Source: Callorhinchus milii (taxonomy: Eukaryota). From it: a stretch of DNA of 64,000 nucleotides. The notes below the pieces were generated by a model. The model saw only the letters and a list, made by a program, of their open reading frames with translations. It did no database searches and was not told where the DNA came from. A program made the translations under genes and the position numbers. Below, in pieces: positions 63,871-64,000 of this stretch; the first letter of the stretch is position 1; every line of letters starts with the position of its first letter. Where the stretch lies: positions 16,618,001 to 16,682,000 of the forward strand of contig NW_024704743.1 in assembly GCF_018977255.1 (NCBI RefSeq), written 5' to 3'.

Positions 63871-64000
63871 ACTGAACCAGGCTGACGCAAAGTCCGATTG
63901 TGTGAGGCAATGCTCAAATCCTGCCGCCCAGTTTATTACTTTCCTAGAATTAATTTCCATCTATTGTCCAGAAACAAAGATGGTGATACAATACGTTTAA

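Overview
Vertebrate nuclear DNA with spliced genes and many L2/CR1 LINEs and tRNA/Deu-type SINEs. The repeat content looks like a cartilaginous fish, possibly a chimaera (inference only). The core is the conserved head-to-head pair CCDC127 (minus strand, coding exons 24727-24607 and 23466-22778, 269 aa) and SDHA (plus strand, 15 coding exons from 34726 to 59537, 658 aa). They share a ~350-bp CpG-rich promoter wedged between two large simple-repeat arrays. Manual splicing reveals two further plus-strand gene models that the ORF track shows only in part. The first is an intact, diverged, inverted CCDC127 paralog (9937-10027 + 10957-11348, 160 aa) that lacks most of the coiled coil. The second is an unrecognised two-exon gene (17349-17488 + 19918-20314, 178 aa) with a poly(A) signal and an upstream RFX X-box-like/CRE-like motif pair. 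Also present are a dead partial copy of SDHA exon 8 in intron 7, a full-length frameshifted hAT (Charlie/Buster-type) transposon in SDHA intron 1, MITEs, a five-copy dispersed repeat with possible DIRS/Ngaro affinity, and several hairpins. All coordinates were counted by hand and repeat boundaries are approximate. No database searches were run; comparisons to human and other sequences are from memory.
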